From Tannerella sp. (lineage in GTDB: Bacteria > Bacteroidota > Bacteroidia > Bacteroidales > Tannerellaceae): a stretch of DNA of 64,000 nucleotides. Under the pieces are notes generated by a model. That model was given only the letters and a program-made list of their open reading frames with translations, had not been told where the DNA came from and searched no databases. The stretch is taken from positions 224 to 64,223 of the forward strand of contig JAISUX010000033.1 in the NCBI GenBank assembly GCA_031271805.1, given 5' to 3'. Positions 23,537 through 34,700 of this stretch are shown here, one piece after another; position 1 is the stretch's first letter, and each line of letters opens with the position of its first letter. Made by a program: the position numbers and the translations under genes.

Positions 23537-25555
23537 TCATTGCGGATCGACATCATAGTGAAGGATTATCCGGCGGAATTGCGGGTAGTCCTGCATCTCC
23601 GATTTTGCGCGGTCGAGCTTACTGCGGACTTCGTCGGCCGGCATTATGAGTTTGATTTTCAGCATTATTTTGCGGACGAAAACAGTTTGAACACGTGTCA
23701 CGGGTGGAGATATCGGGCTTGAGACGCCTTCGGAAAATATTTCCATCAGTTTCTCGGAGTATTTTGTCGCGACGTCGTCGAGGATTTTCTCATTACGACA
23801 GCGTAATATCAACATTATCAGGCGAGTATAGGGAGGATATCCGAAATCGTGACGTTCCTGTAATTGCATCTGAGCCATCCCTGCATAGTCGAACGAACGG
23901 ACGCAGGGCAACAACGGATTATCCTTCTGTGAGGTCTGCAGCACAACCACACCCCGACGGTCGCGCCGCCCCGCACGACCGCTCACCTGCGCCATTATCT
24001 GGAACGCCCGCTCGTAGGCTCGAAAATCGGGTACATTCATCAAGCCGTCGGCGTTCATTATCCCTACTACATCAAGATCGGCAAAGTCGAGACCTTTTGT
24101 TATCATCTGAGTGCCGACTAATATCCTGGTTTTTCCCGTTTCAAAATCGGATAAGATGCGTGTATAGGCGGCACGCGAGCGGGCTGTGTCGAGGTCTAAA
24201 CGGACGATACCAACATTAGGAAACAACGAGGCGGCCTCTTCTTCGACCTTTTCCGTGCCGAAACCCTGCATCTTCATCTCAACGCTGCCACACGAGGGGC
24301 ATTTCGCCGTTAACGGAACGGAATAGCCGCAGTAATGACAGACCATGTGGTTGGCGCTCTTGTGATAAGTGAGGCACACGTCGCAATTGACACAGCGAGG
24401 CGACTTTCCGCATTTGTCGCAAATCATGAAAGGGGCAAAACCGCGGCGATTCTGAAAAAGCATCACCTGTCCGCCATGCGACAAGGCGCGCTCAATCCGC
24501 TCACGAAGGATATGCGAGAAAAACGTGCCCTTCATACGATTCTTGCGACGCAGTTCACGAACGTCAACTATCTCAACATCAGGATTTTGCGCGTCGCCAT
24601 AACGACGGTCGAGTTTTACAAAACCATACTTGCCGCTCACAGCCCAAAAATAGGATTCGAGCGAGGGCGTCGCCGAGCCAAGCAACGTCCCGGCATTGTG
24701 TAGCCGCGCAAGCATCATCGCTACATTACGCGCATGATAGCGAGGCGCCGGGTCTTGCTGTTTATACGACGGCTCGTGCTCCTCGTCCACAATCACCAAT
24801 CCGAGCTGCGCAAACGGCAAAAACACCGCCGAACGCATCCCCAGCACAACTACCGGCTCATCCGATTGTATCAGGCGATTCCATACCGCAAGACGTTCGT
24901 TATCGGTATATCCGGAATGATAAACCGACAGCCTATCGCCGAAAACCCTCCTCAAACGCTCGGTTATCTGCGTAGTTATGGCTATCTCCGGTAAGAGGTA
25001 CAAAGCCTGCCGTCCGGAATCGAGCGTGTCTTGAATCAAGCGGATGTAAATCTCCGTCTTTCCGCTCGAAGTAACGCCATGAAGCAGAGTTATAGGCTTA
25101 GTTTTCAACAACTTACCGATTTGCTCGTATGCAACTTGTTGAGGATTAGTCAAGACTACCTTATTTCCCGCCTTATCAATATCTTCCGAGCGCACGGACG
25201 CCTTAACCTTCCGCTTAGTTTTTTTGACTTTCAACAGTTTCGCCGGCATAGCCGCATGATAGACCTCGCCGAGCGTACAGATATAATACGATGATATCCA
25301 GCGCCATAAATCAAATTGCAGCCTGCGCACAACAGCCTTATCATCGAGCAACTCCGTAATCTCCTTTAATTCATACGGAAAATCGCCGTCCGACCTGTCA
25401 TACAAATCGACAATAACGCCCGTATAGGAATGTTTAGGCCCGAAAGGTACCAGCACACGACCGAACACAACAATATCCCTTTCCATCTCCGCCGGCACAA
25501 TATACGTAAACGTATCTGCCAACGGAAACGGAATGACTACTTCGGCGTATTTCAT
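23537..25555 (-). CDS. priA: Primosomal protein N' (replication restart helicase)
   Basis: GVTSSGKT, DEEH, SATPS, paired CxxC zinc region and VSGRAGR. Confidence 0.96.
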   Translation of the reverse strand: MKYAEVVIPFPLADTFTYIVPAEMERDIVVFGRVLVPFGPKHSYTGVIVDLYDRSDGDFPYELKEITELLDDKAVVRRLQFDLWRWISSYYICTLGEVYHAAMPAKLLKVKKTKRKVKASVRSEDIDKAGNKVVLTNPQQVAYEQIGKLLKTKPITLLHGVTSSGKTEIYIRLIQDTLDSGRQALYLLPEIAITTQITERLRRVFGDRLSVYHSGYTDNERLAVWNRLIQSDEPVVVLGMRSAVFLPFAQLGLVIVDEEHEPSYKQQDPAPRYHARNVAMMLARLHNAGTLLGSATPSLESYFWAVSGKYGFVKLDRRYGDAQNPDVEIVDVRELRRKNRMKGTFFSHILRERIERALSHGGQVMLFQNRRGFAPFMICDKCGKSPRCVNCDVCLTYHKSANHMVCHYCGYSVPLTAKCPSCGSVEMKMQGFGTEKVEEEAASLFPNVGIVRLDLDTARSRAAYTRILSDFETGKTRILVGTQMITKGLDFADLDVVGIMNADGLMNVPDFRAYERAFQIMAQVSGRAGRRDRRGVVVLQTSQKDNPLLPCVRSFDYAGMAQMQLQERHDFGYPPYTRLIMLILRCRNEKILDDVATKYSEKLMEIFSEGVSSPISPPVTRVQTVFVRKIMLKIKLIMPADEVRSKLDRAKSEMQDYPQFRRIILHYDVDPQ

Positions 25556-25575
25556 TATAAATCAGTAATTTATAA

Positions 25576-26184
25576 TCAGAAAAACGCCGCCGCACTGAAT
25601 GACCACGTCATCGACTTTCCCTTGTAACTATCGGGATCGCCGACTTCAAACGTTTCATAATTGCTCGTCAAACCCCAATTGTAGTTGATTCCGAGTTGAA
25701 GCATACCGAACACTTCCGCTCCGATTGCAAAATTCAACCCGGCGCCAAAACTTTTGGACTTAATCTGATTTTTTATCTCATTGTAATTGAAATCCATCGA
25801 CTTATCACCTGAGATACGTAAATCAATATAAGGCCCCGCCGCAACATAAGGATTGACAAGAGGGAGTCCGAGTTTAAACTTCAGATTTACAGGAACTTCC
25901 AAATATGAGTTTTTAACCGATTTCGTAAGGTCGTCGGATTTAAAACCTTTCTGCGCAAAAAGTACGGCGCCGTCGATGCCAAGACCGCCCCTGCCAAGCG
26001 AAAACTCGAAGGCCGGACCGATAAGGAAACCTGTAATATTATCCGGATTAAACGTTTCTTTATCATTGAAATCGAATTTCGCAGTCGCAATATTCAGTCC
26101 TCCCTTCACTCCAAATCTAAACTGCGCCTGGGCAACAGTTAGAGACAATAACAAAAATATAAATAAACAACTAATTTTCTTCAT
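25576..26184 (-). CDS. Porin family outer-membrane beta-barrel protein
   Basis: Signal peptide ending AQA, FGVKGGLN, YLEVPVNLK and a C-terminal Phe. Confidence 0.85.
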   Translation of the reverse strand: MKKISCLFIFLLLSLTVAQAQFRFGVKGGLNIATAKFDFNDKETFNPDNITGFLIGPAFEFSLGRGGLGIDGAVLFAQKGFKSDDLTKSVKNSYLEVPVNLKFKLGLPLVNPYVAAGPYIDLRISGDKSMDFNYNEIKNQIKSKSFGAGLNFAIGAEVFGMLQLGINYNWGLTSNYETFEVGDPDSYKGKSMTWSFSAAAFF

Positions 26185-26304
26185 ACAAAATCATATATTA
26201 AAACGATACAAAGTAACAAAAAAAATATCAACCAGACAAAAAAAAAACGTTAAACTTCGTATAGCTCGTAGATAATTTCCTATCTTTGTGGACAAAAAAA
26301 GAGT

Positions 26305-28605
26305 ATGAGACGGAAAATACTAACATATTTCATCGTCACAGCCATCTCATTAACTACTGCGACAGCGCAGAAGGTGGGGCTGGTCTTGAGTGGAGGCGGT
26401 GCGAGGGGAGCTGCGCACATAGGCGTAATCAAGGCATTGGAAGAAAACGGTGTACCAATCGACTATATATCAGGCACTTCAATCGGAGCTATAGTCGGCA
26501 GTCTTTATGCCATGGGCTATACGCCCGACGAAATGCTTGCACTAATGCTCTCGGACGAATTTGGCTATTGGCAGTCGGGCACAATCGGTCAGGAATACAT
26601 TTATTATTTTAAAAAACCTGAAGAAACGCCGCAGTTCATGGCTTTCTCGATCAACCTGCGCGATTCGACGCTTTTCGACGGGATTCTGCCGGGCAGCATC
26701 GTCAACCCGATACAGATGAACCAGGCGTTCATGGAACTCTACGCCCAGGCGACAGCTAAAGCGGCATGGAACTTCGACAACCTCTTTGTACCGTTCCGAT
26801 GCACCGGCTCGGACATCTACGGCAAGAAATTACTCGTGTTCCGCAACGGCAATCTCGGCGACGCCGTGCGCGTCTCGATGACCTTCCCATTCATCTTCAA
26901 GCCTATTTGGAAAAACGGCGTCCCACTGTTCGACGGTGGTATCTACGACAATTTCCCGATAAATGTGATGAAGGAAGATTTTAAACCGGATTTCATCTTC
27001 GGTTCGGCTGTGCGCGGAGGTGGTTTGCGCCCTTCGGAAAACCCTATCAATCAGGTCGAACCGATGATTATGCAAAAGACCGACTATTATATTCCCGAAG
27101 ACGAGGGTATCTTAGTCGAGATGCGCCTTCCGGACGTTTTCCTGCTTGATTTTTACAAGGCTAAAGAAGTGATGCAGATAGGCTACGACCGCACGATAGC
27201 GATGATGGATACGATAAAAGCGCGTGTGCAACGCGAAATTCCTTTGGAAGAAATCAACGCCCGGCGTAAGGCTTACAAGGAAAGCCTGCCGCCCTTGCGG
27301 TTTGAAAATATCTATGTCAACGGCGTCAGCGACGAACAAAGCCGCTATATCATTGCGCAATTGCATCAAGGCATTAAAAATAAGGAGTTTACGATGGAAG
27401 ATTTCCGCCGCGCCTACTTCAAGATGTTAACATACTCGAAGATAAAGGAAATAATCCCAAACGCTGTCTATAATTTCAAAAACGGGAATTTCGACCTCTA
27501 CCTTGATGTCAAGATTGAAGACGAAATCAAGGTCTCGATAGGCGGAAATATTTCTTCGCATCAAGCCAATCAACTGTTTTTAGGGCTTGAATATCAGAGT
27601 ATAGGCGAATCGTCGGCCGATTTCAACGCTAATTTCCAGATGGGTAATTCTTTCAGCGGCGTAGCCATCGACAGCCGGTTTTTCACTTCGTCGCGTGTGC
27701 CGGGGTATATCGGCGTCAAACTGGCCTATTCCAACAAGAATTATTCTCAGAGCCAATCGTTATTCTACGAGGACGTTATGCCCGCGTTCATCAAAAAAGT
27801 CGAGAGTTTCGCACGCCTGCGTTACGGCTTCCCGTTCGTTAAACGTTCAAAGATTGAAATCTTCGCAGGAGCAGGCATAGTGTCGGATTATTATTACCAA
27901 ACATCGTCGTTCAGTGGCCTCAGTTTCGACGTAAGCAAGTACAATCTCGTAAATTTAGGAGCCAGATTCGAGCGCAACTCATTGAATTACAGGCAATATC
28001 CTACCGAAGGCCGCTTGCAGCAGTTTGTGGGGCAGTTCGTCACCGGCGATGAAAACTACCGCAAGGGTGGCAACCGTTATTTTGAGGACATTCGCCGCCA
28101 TAAGAACTTCCGCCTCAAGGGAACATGGTGGAATTTCCCTGCAATGAAAGGCTCTTTCAACCTCGGCATGATGGGCGAAGCGGTGTACAGTAACAAGAAA
28201 TTCAGCTCTAACTATACCGCTACGGTACTGCATGCCTCGGCGTTCACTCCTACACCTCACAGCAAGATCTCGTTCAACGAGGCGTTTAGAGCCAACAGTT
28301 ATGCGGCGTTCGGCCTGATCCCTATCGTGAAACTCAACGATATGCTTCACCTGCGCTTTGAAGCCTACGGTTTCCTGCCCCTTCCCTGCATCCGGAAAGA
28401 AGTAATCAGCGAAAATAATTCCTACGAAGCGCGTTACGGCGATTTCCTGACTAACTACCAATTCATGGGCGAAACATCGTTGGTGTTGCAACTGCAATAC
28501 GTTTCGGTAAGCCTGTTCGTCAACGGCTATTCCTACCCCAAAAACAATTTCAACATCGGCCTTAACATCGGCTATTTGATATTCGATTCCGGCTTTTTTG
28601 ATTAA
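26305..28605 (+). CDS. Patatin-like phospholipase with POTRA-like region and C-terminal beta-barrel (PlpD-like)
   Basis: Signal peptide; GGGARG, GTSIG and DGG motifs; amphipathic strands ending NIGYLIF. Confidence 0.88.
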   Translation: MRRKILTYFIVTAISLTTATAQKVGLVLSGGGARGAAHIGVIKALEENGVPIDYISGTSIGAIVGSLYAMGYTPDEMLALMLSDEFGYWQSGTIGQEYIYYFKKPEETPQFMAFSINLRDSTLFDGILPGSIVNPIQMNQAFMELYAQATAKAAWNFDNLFVPFRCTGSDIYGKKLLVFRNGNLGDAVRVSMTFPFIFKPIWKNGVPLFDGGIYDNFPINVMKEDFKPDFIFGSAVRGGGLRPSENPINQVEPMIMQKTDYYIPEDEGILVEMRLPDVFLLDFYKAKEVMQIGYDRTIAMMDTIKARVQREIPLEEINARRKAYKESLPPLRFENIYVNGVSDEQSRYIIAQLHQGIKNKEFTMEDFRRAYFKMLTYSKIKEIIPNAVYNFKNGNFDLYLDVKIEDEIKVSIGGNISSHQANQLFLGLEYQSIGESSADFNANFQMGNSFSGVAIDSRFFTSSRVPGYIGVKLAYSNKNYSQSQSLFYEDVMPAFIKKVESFARLRYGFPFVKRSKIEIFAGAGIVSDYYYQTSSFSGLSFDVSKYNLVNLGARFERNSLNYRQYPTEGRLQQFVGQFVTGDENYRKGGNRYFEDIRRHKNFRLKGTWWNFPAMKGSFNLGMMGEAVYSNKKFSSNYTATVLHASAFTPTPHSKISFNEAFRANSYAAFGLIPIVKLNDMLHLRFEAYGFLPLPCIRKEVISENNSYEARYGDFLTNYQFMGETSLVLQLQYVSVSLFVNGYSYPKNNFNIGLNIGYLIFDSGFFD

Positions 28606-28613
28606 CTTCAGTA

Positions 28614-28654
28614 GATTGCTTCGTTCCTTGCAATGAACATTCATTGTAATGACG
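28614..28654 (-). repeat. CGTC-tagged palindromic repeat with a nested hairpin
   Basis: Minus strand reads CGTCATT[ACAATGAATGTTCATT]GCAAGGAACGAAGCAATC, with the same ends as the leuS inserts. Confidence 0.65.
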
Positions 28655-28671
28655 ATACGCCGCTGTGCACC

Positions 28672-28704
28672 AAAAAAGAGGCGAGCTTCACAGCCCACCT
28701 CTTT
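28672..28704 (-). terminator. Intrinsic terminator of the giant surface protein gene
   Basis: Stem AGAGGTGGGCT/AGCTCGCCTCT (with G-U pairs) followed by a T run. Confidence 0.7.
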
Positions 28705-28774
28705 GTTCGCTTGCGTCAATCCACGCTTGCGCTGATTTTATTGGAATGTATGATTATTGGAACGCATTAATTTC

Positions 28775-31700
28775 TTAATTCAACGCTACTTTCGTGATTT
28801 TCCCGTCACTCGAACGGATAATATACACTCCTCTCGGAAGTGTAATTTCCTCATTGTCTGCGACTTGAATCTCGCAAAGCAATAATCCTGTCATGGTATA
28901 GATCCAAACAGTTACGGGATTAACAACTTTCAAGTATAGTTTGTTATGAAAAGCGTAAACTTTTGTAGAAAATGAATTTTGTCCGTTCTGTCCCGTCGGA
29001 TTTATGCCGCCGAAGCGTATATCCAACGAGTGGGTTACCTGGTGGAAGACAATAACCGCCGTATCCGCATCGCGTCGCGACCATTCGATATTTCCGCTAA
29101 GGTCGTAATAGGCCGAGCCTGTAGTAACGGTCAGGTTTTCAAGCGAGTATCCCGGCAGCGCCGCGATTGTCAGGCTGAAATCCGTATGGCTCAGGATATA
29201 CACTTCGCCGAAGAGAGGATTGGTCTCGATGCCTTCGGTCGGATTGATGAATATACGCCTGTTGATCTGATAGTCGCCGTCATTATCGTCAATATCGCCC
29301 ATGCAGTTGGGATCGGCCTCGTAGGCGCCCATGTCAACCCTGTTGCCATAGCGCCGCGCCCGGCCGGATAGGTCGTACTCTATGACGTCGCTGAAATAGC
29401 TGTCGTTGGAGCGGTCGGGGAGATAGAGCGGCATAGTCGTTGCATGGCGTCCGACGATGAGTAAGAGGTCGCTGCCGCCATTGAAAGGACGACCGGCGCC
29501 CTCTTCAGGTCTGATACGGTAGTCGCCGCGTTGTATATTGCCATTGGCGTCAATACCGCTACGCACGAAGAAAGGATTGGTGTCGATGTTCATGCCGCCG
29601 TTGATGCCGTAGATGCTGTTCCAGTTGCTGCTTCCTCCGGAGCCTTCGACGAGGGAGTAGGTGAATGTCGCCCCGCTGCCTGTCACACTGCGTCCGCCCC
29701 TGTTGTCCGCGATTATCGAGTTGCGGAACAATGGCGATGCCGAGCCGCTCGTGGCGATACCTCCGCCGAGGTTGCCCGCTACGGTTATGTTAGTCATCAC
29801 ACCCGTTGCGCCGTCGGAGTAGTACATTCCGCCGCCAAGAGACGAAGCCGTATTTCCGGAAATCTCTGTATTATAGACGCTTACCGAGCCTCCTGATGCT
29901 GCAACGCCACCGCCGTTAACCGCCGTATTGTCGCGGATAATACAATTGGCGATAACAACGGTTGAGCCGATGTTTTGAACTCCGCCGCCGTTAGAGGACT
30001 CGCCGCCTTCGATCGTAAAGCCGTCCCAACGTACATCATTGATGCCGTTGTTCAGGATTACCGAAGCGCCGTTGCCTTGCAGTACGGTGCGGTTATTAAC
30101 GATATCCCGTTGGTCAAGCGAAGTCTCGGCGCCGGAAAATCCGCCGTAAACTTCTATCAAATCCGACGGCAGGGTGAACGACGTTCCCGGAGCCGGCGAA
30201 TACGTACCGGCGGTCACCCATATATAGTCGCCTTTGGTAGCCACGTTTAATGCGTCCTGCAAAGACGAAAATGCCGAACCCCATGACGAGCCGTCGCCGC
30301 CTGCAGGCGCGTTGGCATCGACAAAGTAACCGCTGTTGGCCACCCGGATTGAAACCGGCGCCGACAAAGAAGTAGAGCAGTTGATGCCGCCATACGTCGA
30401 TGCCAATGCTATACCTACGTTGTAACTTCCTGCTGATGAGTAAGTTATCCGTAAAGTGTCGCCATTCGACCCGGAAGCTAATCCCAAAGGAGTGCAAATG
30501 TCGCTCGTCCCGCCCACGGCAGACCAGGTCAAGGTAGTAAACGCGCGCACCAAGGGGTTGATATGCACCGTAAATGTCTGCGGATAGCCTACTTTGGGAG
30601 GCTCGGATGAGATATTATACAGTATGGTAGCATCATCAAAGGCATAGAGCACTTCGGCCGTATCGCGATACAGCACGCTGCCGTAGTTTATCTCTATAAC
30701 ATAAACCCCTGATATTGGCGCAGATAACGTAGAATTGTTGCTGAAAGAGCCGTCGGGAAGGAGCCAGCGATACGATAGCGCATCATTGCCGGCATTAAGA
30801 ATAAAGTAGGGATTGCATTGGAACACAGTAGGATACAAGCCGGAACCGCCGCCGACCAAAAATGCCGGGTCGTCATTGAAATCGAATGCCCAATGGGCGG
30901 TAAATGCTAAATTATCAATATGGCCGGCTGCGGGAAGCGTAACTGCCGTATCATAGCCCGTAAAATAGTTCGCCGACCAGCCTACAAACACCTTGCCTGC
31001 AGGAGGCGTAGGCGCGGGTAGCGTAAACGTCGGCGTCACAACGGTATATGACACAGGTGTCATACCACCCATCGGCGTGCCGTCGGGATTGAAATATGTT
31101 ATCGTGTAAACAGAAGGCGTCCACACTGCCGTAGCGGTGATGTTTCCCGTTGAATGATTGGGTATTACGTTGCCGTTAACAGGCGCCACGCCTTCCGAGG
31201 TAGTAAACGTCCATTCTACAAAATCATAATATTCGCGCGACGGGCTATTAAGGGTAATAGCCGCCGTCTCGTAAGTATAAGTTACCGGATTAGCCGTCGC
31301 ATTACCTACACCACCGGGGCCGTAGTCGTATGTTATCGTATAATCCTTTATTTTCCATACAGGCGTAATATCCACATCCCCGTAGCAGTTTGCTGGTATG
31401 TCGTGTGTCAGTGAGTAAGACACCGCAGGTCCGCGCGAGACAACTTTCACATTCCATCCCAAGAAATCATACCCGGTACGCGAAGGATCGGTCAGAGCCT
31501 GCGCCGAGGTCGAGATATTATAGCTTGTAAGCGAGGAGTTGGGATTCGTAGCCCCACCGAAAGCCGCGGTGGCATACGTCACATTGTAGTTGATAGCCTG
31601 CCAGATAGCCGTCGCCTTGATATTGCCGACCGTCGAAGTCGGGATTTGCCGCGCCGGAGCCGAAGATAAGACGCCTGTCAGCGATGATTCGAACTGCCAT

Positions 31701-34700
31701 TTGACAAAATCATAGCCCGTGCGCGAGGGGTCATAAGTGATGTTAACAGGCAACATACTGTTATCGTACTCATGCGGATTGGCGCCAAGGCTCGAAGCCG
31801 TGCCGCCGGCATAATCGTAAATGATGGAAAAATCAACTTCCGACCATTTTGCCTTGACGGTCAGGTCGCCGTAAATTCCTGACGGTATGGCTGTTACGCC
31901 GTGCCACGGACCGCAGTCCTCCGACGACGTTATATCCCATCCCGCAAACAGGTAGGCCGCGGTACGTTTAGGAGCGTTAAGCAAAATTTCCCCTGACTCA
32001 ACCGTATATGATGAAGGATTTCCGACTGCCGCGATGTCCCAGTCGCCGGTATAAGTAATCGAATACGTATTGAGCGACCATACGGCGGTGGCAGTGATAT
32101 TCCCGATAGTTCCCGAAGGAATCACATTGCCGTCGGCAATGGTAACGCCCGTTACGGATGATGTGAACCGCCAATAAGACAGCGTATAACCGTGACGTAT
32201 CGGGACGGGCAATGTAATCGCCGTTGTATCAACGTTATATGATGACGGATACACCGCCGGGAAGGCTGCAAACGACCCGCCGCCAAGCGAATATGAAATC
32301 GTATATTGATTGCGCGACCATGAAGCCGTATATGATTTATTACCGATTGATCCTGAGGGTATTACCACCGTAGTCTGCGGTGTAGCGCCGTTAGATCCCG
32401 CCCAGCCGGTAAAGGTATAACCGCGGCGCGAAGGCGAGCCTATTGACAGCGCAGGCGACAGCACGGTATAGGATAGCGGCAACGACATTCCGGCCGTATC
32501 CGAAGCCGTAACGCCCGAATAACCGATAGAATAGATATTGGCCGTGAAGAGCGCACGAAGGGTGAAATCGCCGAGCACGGCCTGCGAAGTATAGTCGGTT
32601 AAACCTGTAACGGCAGCTACTGCCTCGCCGCGTCGCGTGGTATAAGCCTCGCGCTTCCAGCCGGCGAAGGTATATCCCGGGTCAGCCACGGCTTGCACGC
32701 CGGCAGTAGGATATTGCCCGTAATCAACCTGTTGAGTGGTAACGCCGGTCAGCGACCCGCCGGCCGCCGAAACGAATGTGACCGTAAACGCTGCCGCTCG
32801 GTGGTAAATCACGCCGGTATATCTGCTGCGCGCGCCGTCATCTAAAATCACCAAAGCGCGATTATCGTAGAGCGAACCCGAAGTAGCCGCACCGGAAGCC
32901 GACGAAGTACGGAACGAGACAGTCTTAGTCCCACCGTTCACAGCCACGGGCAAGGCCGTCCATTTCATTACACGGGTATATTGATTATAAACGCCGTTAT
33001 CCGATATATCAACAGGCGTCGCAAGCCCGGCCGGAAGCGTATCTATCACATCTACAGTCCCATTAAGAGGCGAATCGTTAATAATACGTATATAATATAT
33101 TAATGTATCGAGGGTATAGACCGGCGGGCGTGACGAAGCCGAGCCATCCGATTCCGTACCATTCAAAGTCGCCCATTTAGCAGTGCTTGTCCCGGCAGAA
33201 GACCCGCCGCCGGGAGACACGGTAGCCGCATGAACGGCAATAGATATCGTAATCGTTGTATCCGAAACAAGCGTCGTCCCGTCGTAATAGGAAATTGTCA
33301 GCGAAACGGTCTTAGCGCCGACGCCATACCATGCCGTAGAGCCGCTTACCGTAGTCGATGAAGACGGGAATGCACCGCCGCCGAACGACCACAATTGCCG
33401 CGTCGTAACGTTTGCCGCTGAGCCGCCCGTATAGGAATATGCCGTCGAAGTCCCGGCGTCAACCGAACCCGAAGGCGTAAGCGAAACCGATGCCCCGAAT
33501 ATTAACGGCTTGATAGTCGCCGGAATAACCAAAGTAGTGTCGTACTTAGTATTGTCGGCCGCCAAGTATGTGATTTTCACCGACGCCGATTTCGACCCTG
33601 TCGTCAGCCATTTGACCGAAGCAGACGAAGCCGTAGAAGAAGCAGGCGTCCCGTCGGTAAACGACCACTGATAAGATGCCGTAAATCCGCTCGGAACCGC
33701 AGAATGATAAACAGCGAATGTTCCGGTCTCAACCTGATTCAGCGACACCCCGCTACCGCCGGTCGCCGTACCGTTCATCTCCGTCCACCCGCCGAACACC
33801 GGCTTGGCGACAGCCACAGTAGCCGTAATCGTAGTATCGGCGACAACTATCCCCTGGGACTTATATCGTAAAGTCAAGGTGACCGTCTTATTCCCGTCGG
33901 CATACCATTTGACTGATTCTGAAGAAGATGTGGAAGAAGCCGGCAAAGCCCCATCCGAGAAAGTCCATGCCACTTCACGTGTCAGTTCGGTAGCATACGA
34001 AGACGAAGCAAGGAACGAAGCCGCCGCAAACGAGAACGTCCCCGCGTCTCCCGCCGCAAGCGAAGCCCCGCCGGAAGTGATATCGGAACCATCCATCTCA
34101 ATATATCCCTTTCCGGAACCCGAAGACCCGCCTCCGAAAACCGGCTTCACGACAGTAACCTGCCTCGTCATAATCGTATCGAACGAAGACCCGGCGCCGC
34201 TATCCGCATACGTCAATGTCAAATTAACCGACTTATTCCCTTCGTCCATAAACAACGCGGTGGGCGTTTGCGAAGCGGAAGTAGTCGTTCCGGTAGGCGA
34301 ACCGCCGACCATCACATCCGCCCCCGTAGGGAATGTCCATGCGTATGAAGCCACATACCAGGGCGGAGGCGTCGTATGAGTAACCGCGAAGGCCTTTGTT
34401 GTCCCTTTGATAATCGTAACCGGCTCCGCAGGAGTAATTGCAGCCCCGTAATGAGGCGCCGTGACCGATGTCGTAAGCGTCAGTGTTGTGTCAAATTTTA
34501 GGGTATTATCGGCCGTAGCCGTATAAGTCAGTTTCAGTGTAACAGACTTATTGCCGGATTGATACCACGTAATGCTCGGCGATTTGACGGTAGAGCTTGA
34601 CGGAGCTGCCCCGGCAGGGAAAGTCCATGCATAAGAAGGCGTATAACCCGTAACCGTCGAGTGCGTCACGTCGAAATCAAACTCTTCGCCGACATCCTGC

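Noticed and set aside
27979-28719. 246-aa minus-strand ORF
   Set aside because: It is antisense to the patatin gene, and its start runs through a terminator and a repeat.
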